Shown piece by piece: positions 27,056 to 35,660 of a stretch of 64,000 bases of DNA (the stretch's first letter is position 1; the number at the start of each line of letters is the position of its first letter). The DNA lies in contig CACMQN010000005.1 of the NCBI GenBank assembly GCA_902615855.1, positions 8,596 through 72,595 of the forward strand, written 5' to 3'. This DNA is from an uncultured Candidatus Actinomarina sp. (GTDB lineage: Bacteria; Actinomycetota; Acidimicrobiia; Actinomarinales; Actinomarinaceae). A program made the translations under genes and the position numbers. Below the pieces are notes generated by a model, which was given only the letters and a program-made list of their open reading frames with translations, did no database searches and was not told where the DNA came from.

Positions 27056-27719
27056 AAAAATTTTGTTTTTGGTACCGTTTTTGTTTTTAACAAACTGTCA
27101 AGCAAACTGGGAATTTAATCTTGTTGTCGATGAGGGAGGAAGTGGAAATTATACAATTTCAATTTTGATTGATCAGGAAGCTCAACAGTATGCAGTTGAT
27201 ACCGGACTTACACCTATAGGTGGGTTAGATATAATTCTTGAATCCCTTCCCGATGGTTTTGGTTCAAGTATTTTTAATGAAGGTGATCTTTTAGGTATAA
27301 AAATAAGACAAACTTTTGATTCATTTGAAATGCTAAATCAACAACTTGATAGTCTGAAGCAAAATGAAAATACATCACTTTTACTCTTGCCACTAAAAAA
27401 AATTAATTTCCAAATGGACGAAGATAAATACACCATCAATGGAAAATTTGCCGAGTTATTAAACAAAAATCTTTTAGAACCAACAGATGCAGAGCAACTT
27501 TATAATGGAAGCCTGTCAATAAAACTTCCTGGAATAATAGAAGAACCTAAATTAAATGAAATCAATGACAATACAGTTATATTTTTACATGATGGGTTAA
27601 ACGAACAAACCTTTCTTATTTCATCTAATAATGCTAGAAATCAATGGATCCTCGGTCTGATTATTGTAATGTTGTCAGTTATATTATTTTTTGGTAGACA
27701 ATTATTTTATCGACAGTAA
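27042..27719 (+). CDS. LppM-like lipoprotein with C-terminal TM
   Basis: Lipobox LTNC, a ..VDEGGSG.. beta motif, IKLPG and a C-terminal hydrophobic anchor. Confidence 0.55.
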   Translation: MIYFRKILFLVPFLFLTNCQANWEFNLVVDEGGSGNYTISILIDQEAQQYAVDTGLTPIGGLDIILESLPDGFGSSIFNEGDLLGIKIRQTFDSFEMLNQQLDSLKQNENTSLLLLPLKKINFQMDEDKYTINGKFAELLNKNLLEPTDAEQLYNGSLSIKLPGIIEEPKLNEINDNTVIFLHDGLNEQTFLISSNNARNQWILGLIIVMLSVILFFGRQLFYRQ

Positions 27720-27728
27720 TATAGTCCC

Positions 27729-27755
27729 ATGATTAATTTCATAATTATCACTTAA
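27729..27755 (+). CDS. Ile-rich leader peptide MINFIIIT upstream of cimA
   Basis: ATG ATT AAT TTC ATA ATT ATC ACT TAA: 4 Ile in 8 codons, immediately followed by competing hairpins. Confidence 0.8.
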   Translation: MINFIIIT

Positions 27756-27777
27756 GAACAACGAACTAATCGTTGTT

Positions 27778-27804
27778 ACCCTTGCGTTGCAAGGGTTTTT
27801 TTTT
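27778..27804 (+). terminator. Attenuator terminator
   Basis: ACCCTTGC-GTT-GCAAGGGT followed by a T-run to 27804, 12 nt upstream of the cimA ATG. Confidence 0.9.
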
Positions 27805-27816
27805 GGAAGAAGACGA

Positions 27817-29379
27817 ATGAAGATAGACATATTTGATACGACACTTAGAGATGGGTTCCAGCAGGAGGGAATCTCCCCATCAGTAAAGGATAAATTAGCT
27901 ATTGCTAAGTTAATTGACGAATTGGGTGTTGATTTTATTGAAGGCGGATGGCCAGGAGCATCACCCAAGGAAAAAGAGTTTTTTGATAAAGCAAAAAAAG
28001 ATTTAAAGCTCAAGAATGCAAAATTAGTTAGTTTTGGTTCTACTAGAAAATTAAATGTAAAAGTTGAAGACGATCCACAAGTACAGGCACTTATTGATTC
28101 TGAAACGGAGTATGTCTGCATAGTAGGTAAATCATCTAATCTTCACATTACAAAAGCACTAGAGACTGATGTTGACAGTGCAATTTTAATGGCTACTGAT
28201 ACTGTTAAATATCTAAAAGATAATGGACGAAAAGTATTTTTTGATGCAGAACATTTCTTTGATGGCTTGAAAGAGGATTCAGAGACTACTTTGAAAATTT
28301 TAGATGCAGTAGTTAAAGAGGGCGTTGATTGTTTTATATTTTGTGATACAAATGGAGGAACTCTTCCTCATGAGATAACTGATCTATTAACTCCAATTGT
28401 TGAAAAGTATCAAGATCAATCATTTGGTGTTCACTTTCAAAATGATAACGGTTGTGCTGTAACAAACTCACTTGCTGCAGTAAACCTTGGCGTGGAACAT
28501 GTTCAAGGGACTATGAATGGTTATGGCGAGCGTACAGGTAATGCGGATCTTTGTACCCTTATTCCTAATCTCTCTTTAAAAATGGACTTTGAGACGGTAC
28601 CAGAAACGTCTCTTGAAAAATTAACACCAATAGCAAATCACATTGCAGAATTAGTTAATATCGCTATTGATTCAAGACATCCTTATGTTGGTTCATCTGC
28701 TTTCACACATAAGGCAGGACTTCATGCTTCTGGTATGTCAAAAGACAATACTCTGTACGAGCACATAAACGCTAGTCAGGTAGGAAATTATACAAGAACT
28801 ACAGTTTCTGAGTTAGCTGGAAGGGCAAGTGTAATAACTAAAGCAAAAGAATTTGGAATAGAACTTACAAACGATGATGCAAAAAACCTTATTGAGCAAG
28901 TACAGGATCTTGAATATCAAGGGTTCCAGTTTGAGGCTGCGGACGGTTCTTTATATTTATTAATGAAGAAGATCAAAGGAGAAAAGCCATCATTTTTTGA
29001 TTTCGAAAGCTTCAGAGTGTATTCAGAAAGAAGAAACTCTGAAAACGTTGTTTCAGAAGCTGTTTGTAAAATATCTGTAGGTGAAGAAAGATTCGTAACA
29101 ACGGGAGAGGGAGTTGGTCCTGTCGACGCATTAAATAAAGCTTTGAAATCTGCTCTGAATAAGAACTATCCGGATGTAGATAAGATTAAATTAACTGACT
29201 ATAAAGTGAGAATCATTGACTCTTCAGATGGAACTGAGGCAAAAACGAGAGTTCTCGTTGAATTTACAGATGGCGAGATTAACTGGAGCACTATTGGTGT
29301 TCACGAAAATATAATTAATGCATCTTGGAATGCTTTATGTGATGGCTTTAATTATTATTTTATGGAAAGTTCATCATAA
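27817..29379 (+). CDS. cimA: (R)-citramalate synthase (LeuA-like)
   Basis: DTTLRDGFQQEG, FFDAEHFFDG, NGYGERTGNADL, SAFTHKAGLHAS, LeuA-type regulatory domain (GEGVGPVDAL). Track start 27787 lies inside the terminator; ATG 27817 preferred. Confidence 0.9.
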   Translation: MKIDIFDTTLRDGFQQEGISPSVKDKLAIAKLIDELGVDFIEGGWPGASPKEKEFFDKAKKDLKLKNAKLVSFGSTRKLNVKVEDDPQVQALIDSETEYVCIVGKSSNLHITKALETDVDSAILMATDTVKYLKDNGRKVFFDAEHFFDGLKEDSETTLKILDAVVKEGVDCFIFCDTNGGTLPHEITDLLTPIVEKYQDQSFGVHFQNDNGCAVTNSLAAVNLGVEHVQGTMNGYGERTGNADLCTLIPNLSLKMDFETVPETSLEKLTPIANHIAELVNIAIDSRHPYVGSSAFTHKAGLHASGMSKDNTLYEHINASQVGNYTRTTVSELAGRASVITKAKEFGIELTNDDAKNLIEQVQDLEYQGFQFEAADGSLYLLMKKIKGEKPSFFDFESFRVYSERRNSENVVSEAVCKISVGEERFVTTGEGVGPVDALNKALKSALNKNYPDVDKIKLTDYKVRIIDSSDGTEAKTRVLVEFTDGEINWSTIGVHENIINASWNALCDGFNYYFMESSS

Positions 29380-29410
29380 AATTTTTATAATTACGTTAGG
29401 TAATTAAAAA

Positions 29411-31357
29411 ATGTCTGAAAAAATTGAAAATTTACTTGGAGAAGATAGAACTTTTGAACCTCCATCGAGCATTGTAGAGAATGCAAACGCTACAAAAGAA
29501 TGGTTTGACCTAGCCAATGAAGACAGACTTGCTTACTGGCAGAAACAAGCTTTAGAGAGAATCACTTGGTATAAAGAACCCAAAGAGATTTTGGACGACT
29601 CAGATGCACCTTTCTATAAATGGTTTAAGGATGGAGAACTCAACCTTTCTTACAATTGTCTCGACCGTCATTTAGAGACTGATGCAGACAGAATTGCTTT
29701 TTACTGGGAGGGAGAACCAGGAGACTCTCAAGAAATAACCTATCAAGATCTTTATGAGAGGGTCTGTAAACTTTCAAATGGTCTCAAAGAGCTTGGTGTG
29801 AAGAAAGGTGATAGAATCGCAATTTACCTTGGTATGACCCCTGAAATTGTTATCTCCATGCTTGCATGTGCAAGAATAGGTGCTGTACATTCTGTTGTAT
29901 TTGGAGGTTTTTCTGCAGAAGCTCTAGCTGACAGAATTAATGATGCCGAAGCAAAAGTTGTAATTACAGCTGATGGTGCTTGGAGAAGGGGAGATATAGT
30001 TCCTTTAAAACAAAATGTGGATGACTCCCTAAAGCTTACCGATCACATAGAGAGCGTAATAGTTGTAAAGCGAACTGAGAATGAAGTAACCATGGTTGAT
30101 GGTAGAGATTATTGGTATAGCGAACTTGTAGATAAGCAGGAAGCCGATTGTGAACCAGAAGTAATGAATGCAGAGGACATGTTATATATCCTCTATACAT
30201 CAGGTACAACAGCTAAGCCAAAAGGAATCGTCCACACACAGGCTGGATATCTTACTGGTGTTACTACAACACATTCCGCTGTATTTGATGTAAAGGAAGA
30301 TGACATCTATTGGTGTGCCGCAGACTGTGGTTGGGTAACAGGTCATAGTTATATTGTGTACGGACCTTTAGCAAACAAAACAACAAGCGTTATGTATGAG
30401 GGTGCACCAAACGCACCAGATGAGAAAAGACTTTGGAGTATCGTTGAAAAATATAAAGTAAATATATTTTACACTGCCCCAACTGCAATTAGAGCTTTCA
30501 TGAAGTGGGGAGTCGAACATCCCCAAGCACATGACTTAACGTCACTCAGATTGTTGGGTACTGTTGGGGAGCCAATTAACCCAGAAGCCTGGATGTGGTA
30601 CCACGAAAACATAGGAAATGAATCCTGTGCAATTGTAGATACATGGTGGCAGACAGAGACTGGTTCAATAATGATTACACCCCTGCCAGGCATTACGAGT
30701 ACAAAACCGGGGTCAGCATGTGGTCCAATGCCAGGCATAGATGCAGTTGTTGTTGATGAAAATGGAAATGAAGTTTCAAAAGGTGAAGGGGGATATTTAG
30801 CAATAAAAACACCTTGGCCATCAATGCTTAGAACAGTGTTTGGAGATGAGAAAAGATATATTGACACCTATTGGTCAAAGTATGATGGTATGTATTTTGC
30901 AGGAGATGGAGCAAAATATGATGATGATGGATATTTCTGGCTTCTAGGAAGAGTTGATGACGTGATGAATATATCTGGACATAGAATTTCAACTGCTGAA
31001 GTAGAAAGCGCACTTGTTGCACATGAATCGGTTGCTGAGGCAGCAGTAATAGGCAGAGCTGATGAGATTTCTGGAGAAGCTATTGCTGCATTCGTAACAT
31101 TAATCGGTGGTTTTGAGGGCAATGAAGATCTTATATCCACTCTTAGACAACATGTGAGCGATAAAATTGGTCCGATTGCTAAACCTAAAAGTATTGTCAT
31201 TACAAACGATCTTCCAAAAACAAGAAGCGGAAAAATTATGAGAAGATTGTTGAAAGATATTTCTGAAGAAAGAAAACTAGGAGATGTAACCACATTGGCA
31301 AATGCGGATATAGTTTCTGAGTTACAAACAAGATCATCTGAATCAAGCGATGAATGA
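29411..31357 (+). CDS. acs: Acetate--CoA ligase
   Basis: LYTSGTTAKPKG, DCGWVTGHSY, VDTWWQTETG, YFAGDGA, GRVDDVMN, PKTRSGKIMRR. Confidence 0.96.
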   Translation: MSEKIENLLGEDRTFEPPSSIVENANATKEWFDLANEDRLAYWQKQALERITWYKEPKEILDDSDAPFYKWFKDGELNLSYNCLDRHLETDADRIAFYWEGEPGDSQEITYQDLYERVCKLSNGLKELGVKKGDRIAIYLGMTPEIVISMLACARIGAVHSVVFGGFSAEALADRINDAEAKVVITADGAWRRGDIVPLKQNVDDSLKLTDHIESVIVVKRTENEVTMVDGRDYWYSELVDKQEADCEPEVMNAEDMLYILYTSGTTAKPKGIVHTQAGYLTGVTTTHSAVFDVKEDDIYWCAADCGWVTGHSYIVYGPLANKTTSVMYEGAPNAPDEKRLWSIVEKYKVNIFYTAPTAIRAFMKWGVEHPQAHDLTSLRLLGTVGEPINPEAWMWYHENIGNESCAIVDTWWQTETGSIMITPLPGITSTKPGSACGPMPGIDAVVVDENGNEVSKGEGGYLAIKTPWPSMLRTVFGDEKRYIDTYWSKYDGMYFAGDGAKYDDDGYFWLLGRVDDVMNISGHRISTAEVESALVAHESVAEAAVIGRADEISGEAIAAFVTLIGGFEGNEDLISTLRQHVSDKIGPIAKPKSIVITNDLPKTRSGKIMRRLLKDISEERKLGDVTTLANADIVSELQTRSSESSDE

Positions 31358-31838
31358 GAGAACACATTCCTGGGATCCACCTTTAGATATCGCAGAAAAA
31401 CTTCTTAACCTAGACAAAGAAGATAGGCGAAAATTATTCACTGAATTAAAACCAGATTCTTTTGGAATTGGTTCATTAATGGGTTTTAGCAAGATTGAAA
31501 TCGATGAAAAAGGGCAGGCGTCATTTTACTGCGTACCCGAAGAGTTTCATTACAACCCAATTGGTAGCGTTCATGGAGGATTAGCAGCTACACTTCTAGA
31601 TTCTTGTAATAGTATTTCTGCCCAATGTAATTTAGATAAGGGTTTTATTGCATTAACAACTGATATAAAAGTAAATTATTTAAGCCAGATAAGTGCCGAC
31701 ACTGGTGAAATCGTAGCTCGGGGGAAGATTGATAAATTAGGAAGAAAAGTAATTTTCTTAACGGGTGAACTTCGTGATATGAATGGAAAGCTTCTAGCTA
31801 CTGCTTCGTCAACTGAACTTGTTGTAGCAATCTCTTAA
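31350..31838 (+). CDS. PaaI-family hotdog thioesterase
   Basis: HYNPIGSVHGGLAATLLDS, TTDIKVNYL. Confidence 0.88.
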   Translation: MNERTHSWDPPLDIAEKLLNLDKEDRRKLFTELKPDSFGIGSLMGFSKIEIDEKGQASFYCVPEEFHYNPIGSVHGGLAATLLDSCNSISAQCNLDKGFIALTTDIKVNYLSQISADTGEIVARGKIDKLGRKVIFLTGELRDMNGKLLATASSTELVVAIS

Positions 31839-31843
31839 TTTTG

Positions 31844-31926
31844 TGCGGATGAGAGGACTCGAACCTCCACGAGCAAAGCTCACTAGATCCTAAATCTAGC
31901 GCGTCTACCAGTTCCGCCACATCCGC
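31844..31926 (-). tRNA. tRNA-Leu, anticodon TAG
   Basis: GCGGATG acceptor, CTAGA-TTTAGGA-TCTAG anticodon arm, long variable arm, GTTCGAGT; CCA not encoded. Confidence 0.96.
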
Positions 31927-31937
31927 TAAATGTCGCG

Positions 31938-32010
31938 TGGGTCGCCGGGGACTTGAACCCCGAACCTGCGGATTAAGAGTCCGTTGCTCTGCCAATTGAG
32001 CTAGCGACCC
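31938..32010 (-). tRNA. tRNA-Lys, anticodon CTT
   Basis: GGGTCGC acceptor, loop CTCTTAA, GTTCAAGT; CCA not encoded. Confidence 0.95.
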
Positions 32011-32105
32011 TTTTTACAGATTAACTTAACTCATAATACTTAACTATAAATTTTTTGATTTATTGTTTCCATAAAAGCGTTATCATGGAACAATAATTAG
32101 ACGTG

Positions 32106-32180
32106 CGGGCTGTGGCTCAGCTTGGCTAGAGCGCCTGCTTTGGGAGCAGGAGGTCGTGAGTTCGAATCTCACCAGCCCGA
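32106..32180 (+). tRNA. tRNA-Pro, anticodon TGG
   Basis: CGGGCTG/CAGCCCG acceptor, CCTGC-TTTGGGA-GCAGG, GTTCGAAT. Confidence 0.96.
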
Positions 32181-32185
32181 CTAGC

Positions 32186-32256
32186 GCGGGTGTAGCTTAA
32201 TGGCAAAGCTCCAGCCTTCCAAGCTGGCTATGAGGGTTCGATTCCCTTCACCCGCT
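32186..32256 (+). tRNA. tRNA-Gly, anticodon TCC
   Basis: GCGGGTG/CACCCGC acceptor, CCAGC-CTTCCAA-GCTGG, U73. Confidence 0.96.
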
Positions 32257-32262
32257 CAAGAG

Positions 32263-32336
32263 GCTCTCGTAGCTCAAATGGATAGAGCAACAGACTTCTA
32301 ATCTGTAGGTTATAGGTTCGAGTCCTATCGAGAGCG
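32263..32336 (+). tRNA. tRNA-Arg, anticodon TCT
   Basis: GCTCTCG/CGAGAGC acceptor, ACAGA-CTTCTAA-TCTGT. Confidence 0.96.
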
Positions 32337-32340
32337 CCGT

Positions 32341-32416
32341 GGTGATCGTAGCTCAGTTTGGTTAGAGCGCCTGGTTGTGGTCCAGGAGGTCGCGGGTTCG
32401 AATCCCGTCGGTCACC
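32341..32416 (+). tRNA. tRNA-His, anticodon GTG
   Basis: Encoded G-1 pairing with C73, CCTGG-TTGTGGT-CCAGG, GTTCGAAT. Confidence 0.96.
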
Positions 32417-32436
32417 CACCTTATTTAGGAGAACAA

Positions 32437-33753
32437 TTGAAATATAAAATAAAAAATACGAGTGATTTCGAGAAAGAACTTGACCTAAAAGTAGACAATA
32501 AAGACCTCGAAGAATATAAAGACGAGGCAATAAAGAGAATTTCTAAGAATTTAAAAATAAAAGGTTTTAGACCCGGAAAAATACCACCTAATATCGTCAC
32601 AAGGGAAGTTGGTGAAGACGCCATAAACGAAGAGGCAATAGAACTGTTCTTACCAGAGAAACTGTTTTCAATCCTAAAGGATGAAGAAATAAATCCAGCA
32701 ACAAGACCAGTAATTAAGAAAATTGAAAAGAAAGAAAAAAACTTTGAAATTGATGTACTGATTACTCTCTGGCCTAAATTATCTAAACTTCCAAAACTAG
32801 AACAAGAAGTTGAAGTGGAGTCTATAAAACCAACAGAAGAAGAACTTGACGATCAGATAGATAGGGTAAGAACCCAGTTTGCGGAAGTTTCAAAAGTTGA
32901 AAGACCAGTTCAATCAGGTGATTATGCGCTAGTGAATATCTCTGCAAAAAAAAATAATAATGATCTGAAAGATTTTAACTTTCAAGATTATCTTTACGAA
33001 GTTGGATCCAACACTTTGACTGCTCAACTTGATTCAAAATTGGAGGCAGTATCTCCTGGTGCAATCGTAAAATTTAATGAAAATCTTCCACAACTAGGGG
33101 AGGAAAATGTTGAGGTTACAGTTCTCGTAAAAGAAGTAAGAGAAAAAATACTTCCAGACCTGACAGATGAATGGGTTTCAGAAACTACTGAGTTTGATGA
33201 TATTAAAAATCTAAAAGAAGAGTTGGAAAAAAATATTGAGATGATTAAGAAAAGACAAGTAGCTTCTCAGTACCAAGCAGAATTAACAAACAAACTTATT
33301 GAAGAAGCAAAGATTGACTTACCAGAACAGTTAGTGATTGCTGAAATGGATAGTATCCTTCAAAACTTCATTAACGAGTTGGCACAAAATAATATAAAGT
33401 TAGAAGATTATTTTCAAGTCACTGGACTTACAGAGGAAACTTTACGTGAAGATCTCAATAAACAAGCTACAAGAAATTTAACTATGGTTGTGATACTAGA
33501 TAAGGTTATTGAGGATTTAGACATCAAGCTAGAAGATGAAGATAATGCCGTAATTGATGAACATATGAAATCACATGATAACGAAGATGACGTTGAAAAC
33601 ACCACCCACAGACTTAATCTTGAGGCAGAATCCTTAAGAAATAAGGCAATGATCCATGTTTTGAAGTCAGGATCGTCAATAGACAAAAATGGTGAAAAAG
33701 TATATCTTCAAGATGTGTACAATCAAGATACAGATACAAGAGAGGAAGAATAA
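32437..33753 (+). CDS. tig: Trigger factor
   Basis: [10 protein letters not shown] ribosome-binding motif, FKBP-like domain; TTG start at 32437 after AGGAG (track start lies inside tRNA-His). Confidence 0.93.
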   Translation: MKYKIKNTSDFEKELDLKVDNKDLEEYKDEAIKRISKNLKIKGFRPGKIPPNIVTREVGEDAINEEAIELFLPEKLFSILKDEEINPATRPVIKKIEKKEKNFEIDVLITLWPKLSKLPKLEQEVEVESIKPTEEELDDQIDRVRTQFAEVSKVERPVQSGDYALVNISAKKNNNDLKDFNFQDYLYEVGSNTLTAQLDSKLEAVSPGAIVKFNENLPQLGEENVEVTVLVKEVREKILPDLTDEWVSETTEFDDIKNLKEELEKNIEMIKKRQVASQYQAELTNKLIEEAKIDLPEQLVIAEMDSILQNFINELAQNNIKLEDYFQVTGLTEETLREDLNKQATRNLTMVVILDKVIEDLDIKLEDEDNAVIDEHMKSHDNEDDVENTTHRLNLEAESLRNKAMIHVLKSGSSIDKNGEKVYLQDVYNQDTDTREEE

Positions 33754-33754
33754 C

Positions 33755-34372
33755 ATGAAAAAAGAGCCTTCAAATTATGTTGTACCTACTGTTATTGAGA
33801 ATACAAATAGAGGCGAAAGAGCTTTCGATATTTATTCAAGGCTTTTAAAAGATAGAATTATATTTCTTGGCACTCCAATTGATGATGGAGTAGCAAATCT
33901 AATAATGGCACAGCTTTTACATTTAGAGTCAGAAGATCCAGAGAAAGATATCTACGTATATATCAACTCTCCAGGAGGATCGATTACATCATTGTTTGCA
34001 ATCTATGACACAATGAAATACATCAAGCCAGATGTTGCAACTGTTTGTATGGGACTTGCTGCTTCAGCAGGTGCTGTGATTTTAGCTGGTGGAACTCCAG
34101 GTAAAAGATACTCACTTCCACATGCAAGAATTATGTTACATCAACCAGCTGGTGGGGCAGAAGGCACCTCAAAAGATATCGAAATCCAAGCAAAGTTGAT
34201 AACAGACATGAGAAACCAAATAAATGGACTTTTGGCAGATTTTACCAAAAAAGACATAGAACAAATCGCTGTTGATACCGATAGAGATTTCTGGATGACT
34301 GCGCAAGAAGCGTTGGAATACGGTATAGTAGATGAAGTACTAACTCAAAGGGAGTTAGCAGACAAAAAATAA
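33755..34372 (+). CDS. clpP: ATP-dependent Clp protease proteolytic subunit
   Basis: [42 protein letters not shown]; ATG 33755. Confidence 0.96.
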   Translation: MKKEPSNYVVPTVIENTNRGERAFDIYSRLLKDRIIFLGTPIDDGVANLIMAQLLHLESEDPEKDIYVYINSPGGSITSLFAIYDTMKYIKPDVATVCMGLAASAGAVILAGGTPGKRYSLPHARIMLHQPAGGAEGTSKDIEIQAKLITDMRNQINGLLADFTKKDIEQIAVDTDRDFWMTAQEALEYGIVDEVLTQRELADKK

Positions 34373-34387
34373 CAACAGGGTAAGGTT

Positions 34388-35656
34388 ATGGCTAGTAAAG
34401 AATCATCAACTGATCCGTTAAAATGTAGTTTTTGTGGTAAATCACAAAAACAAGTAATTAAACTCATCGCCGGTCCAGGCGTCTATATTTGTGACGAGTG
34501 TATTGAGCTTTGTGTCGAAATCATTGAAGAAGAAAAAGTTGAGACCCTTGAAGCTACAAGTGAGACACATTTACCTCTACCAAAAGAAATAAACCATGCT
34601 CTTAATGAATTTGTTATTGGTCAATCTGAAGCTAAAAAAACTTTATCTGTTGCAGTCTATAACCACTATAAGAGAATTTATAAAGATGATGAAAAGAATG
34701 ATGATCTTGAAATTCAAAAATCTAATGTACTCATACTTGGCCCTACCGGAAGCGGTAAGACACTTTTAGCTCAAACTTTGGCAAAGATACTTCAAGTACC
34801 TTTCGCAATCGCAGATGCTACAACGTTGACTGAAGCTGGTTATGTTGGTGAAGACGTTGAAAATATCTTATTAACTTTGATTCAAGCTGCAGACTTTGAT
34901 ATAAAAAAGGCAGAAAAAGGGATAATCTACATTGATGAAATAGACAAAATCACTAGAAAATCAGATAATCCTTCAATTACAAGAGATGTTTCTGGAGAAG
35001 GAGTACAACAAGCTTTACTTAAAATTCTAGAAGGCACCACCGCACAAGTACCTCCTCAAGGGGGTAGAAAACATCCTCAACAAGAGTATTTACAAATTGA
35101 TACAACAAACATCTTATTCATTGTCGGTGGAGCATTTGATGGTCTTGATCAGATAATTGGAAAAAGGCTTGGAGACAACTCTATAGGGTTTAACACAAAC
35201 TTGAACAATAAAGATAAGGTCAATGAAAGTACTATTTTCGATAATGTTGAGCCAAAAGATCTAAGAAGATATGGTTTGATACCAGAGTTTATTGGAAGAC
35301 TTCCAGTTGTAACAAGTGTTAATGAATTAGATAAAGAAGCATTAATCAAAATACTTGTAGAACCAAAAAATGCAATTACCAAACAATTCAAAAAAATCTT
35401 TGAGTTGGACGATGTAGAGCTTACGTTTACAGATGGTGCTCTTGAGGCAATGGCAGAACTTGCTCTTGAAAGAAAAACTGGTGCTAGAGGGCTAAGATCA
35501 ATAATTGAAAAATTACTACTCGATGAAATGTTTGAAGCACCATCAAGAAAAGATATTGAAAAAATCATTATTGATAAAGAAAATGTTGTTGATGACATTC
35601 AACCAAAGATGGTTCTAAAACAAAGCAAAGACAAAAAAGACTCTAAACCAGCCTGA
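34388..35656 (+). CDS. clpX: Clp protease ATP-binding subunit
   Basis: CSFCGK zinc finger, [21 protein letters not shown]. Confidence 0.97.
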   Translation: MASKESSTDPLKCSFCGKSQKQVIKLIAGPGVYICDECIELCVEIIEEEKVETLEATSETHLPLPKEINHALNEFVIGQSEAKKTLSVAVYNHYKRIYKDDEKNDDLEIQKSNVLILGPTGSGKTLLAQTLAKILQVPFAIADATTLTEAGYVGEDVENILLTLIQAADFDIKKAEKGIIYIDEIDKITRKSDNPSITRDVSGEGVQQALLKILEGTTAQVPPQGGRKHPQQEYLQIDTTNILFIVGGAFDGLDQIIGKRLGDNSIGFNTNLNNKDKVNESTIFDNVEPKDLRRYGLIPEFIGRLPVVTSVNELDKEALIKILVEPKNAITKQFKKIFELDDVELTFTDGALEAMAELALERKTGARGLRSIIEKLLLDEMFEAPSRKDIEKIIIDKENVVDDIQPKMVLKQSKDKKDSKPA

Positions 35657-35660
35657 GTCT

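Larger units (their letters stand above)
27729..27804 (+). promoter_or_regulatory. Ribosome-dependent transcription attenuator of cimA
   Basis: Leader peptide, hairpin AACAACGA/TCGTTGTT (27757-27777) and a terminator; upstream TAGACA-N16-TAATAT (27695-27722). Confidence 0.8.

Noticed and set aside
27787-27816. Track start of cimA at TTG 27787 (MQGFFFGRRR extension)
   Set aside because: It lies within the terminator stem and T-run; ATG 27817 matches the family N-terminus (KIDIFDTTLRDG).
31938-32010. A27:C43 mismatch in the tRNA-Lys anticodon stem as a sign of a pseudo-tRNA
   Set aside because: A single mismatch at the top of the stem is commonly tolerated and all other arms are canonical.
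32061-32095. Imperfect inverted repeat TATTGTTTCCAT...ATGGAACAATA between the divergent tRNA blocks
   Set aside because: AT-rich, bulged, 12-nt loop, no T-run, and in a divergent promoter region; not enough to call a terminator or operator.
31798-32530. Track ORFs 31798-31995 and 32228-32530, and the 5' extensions of tig (32377) and the flippase (54303)
   Set aside because: They overlap clear tRNA genes; the translations (e.g. GSSPRRPT, GDRRDSNPRPPGPQPGAL) are typical tRNA shadow ORFs.
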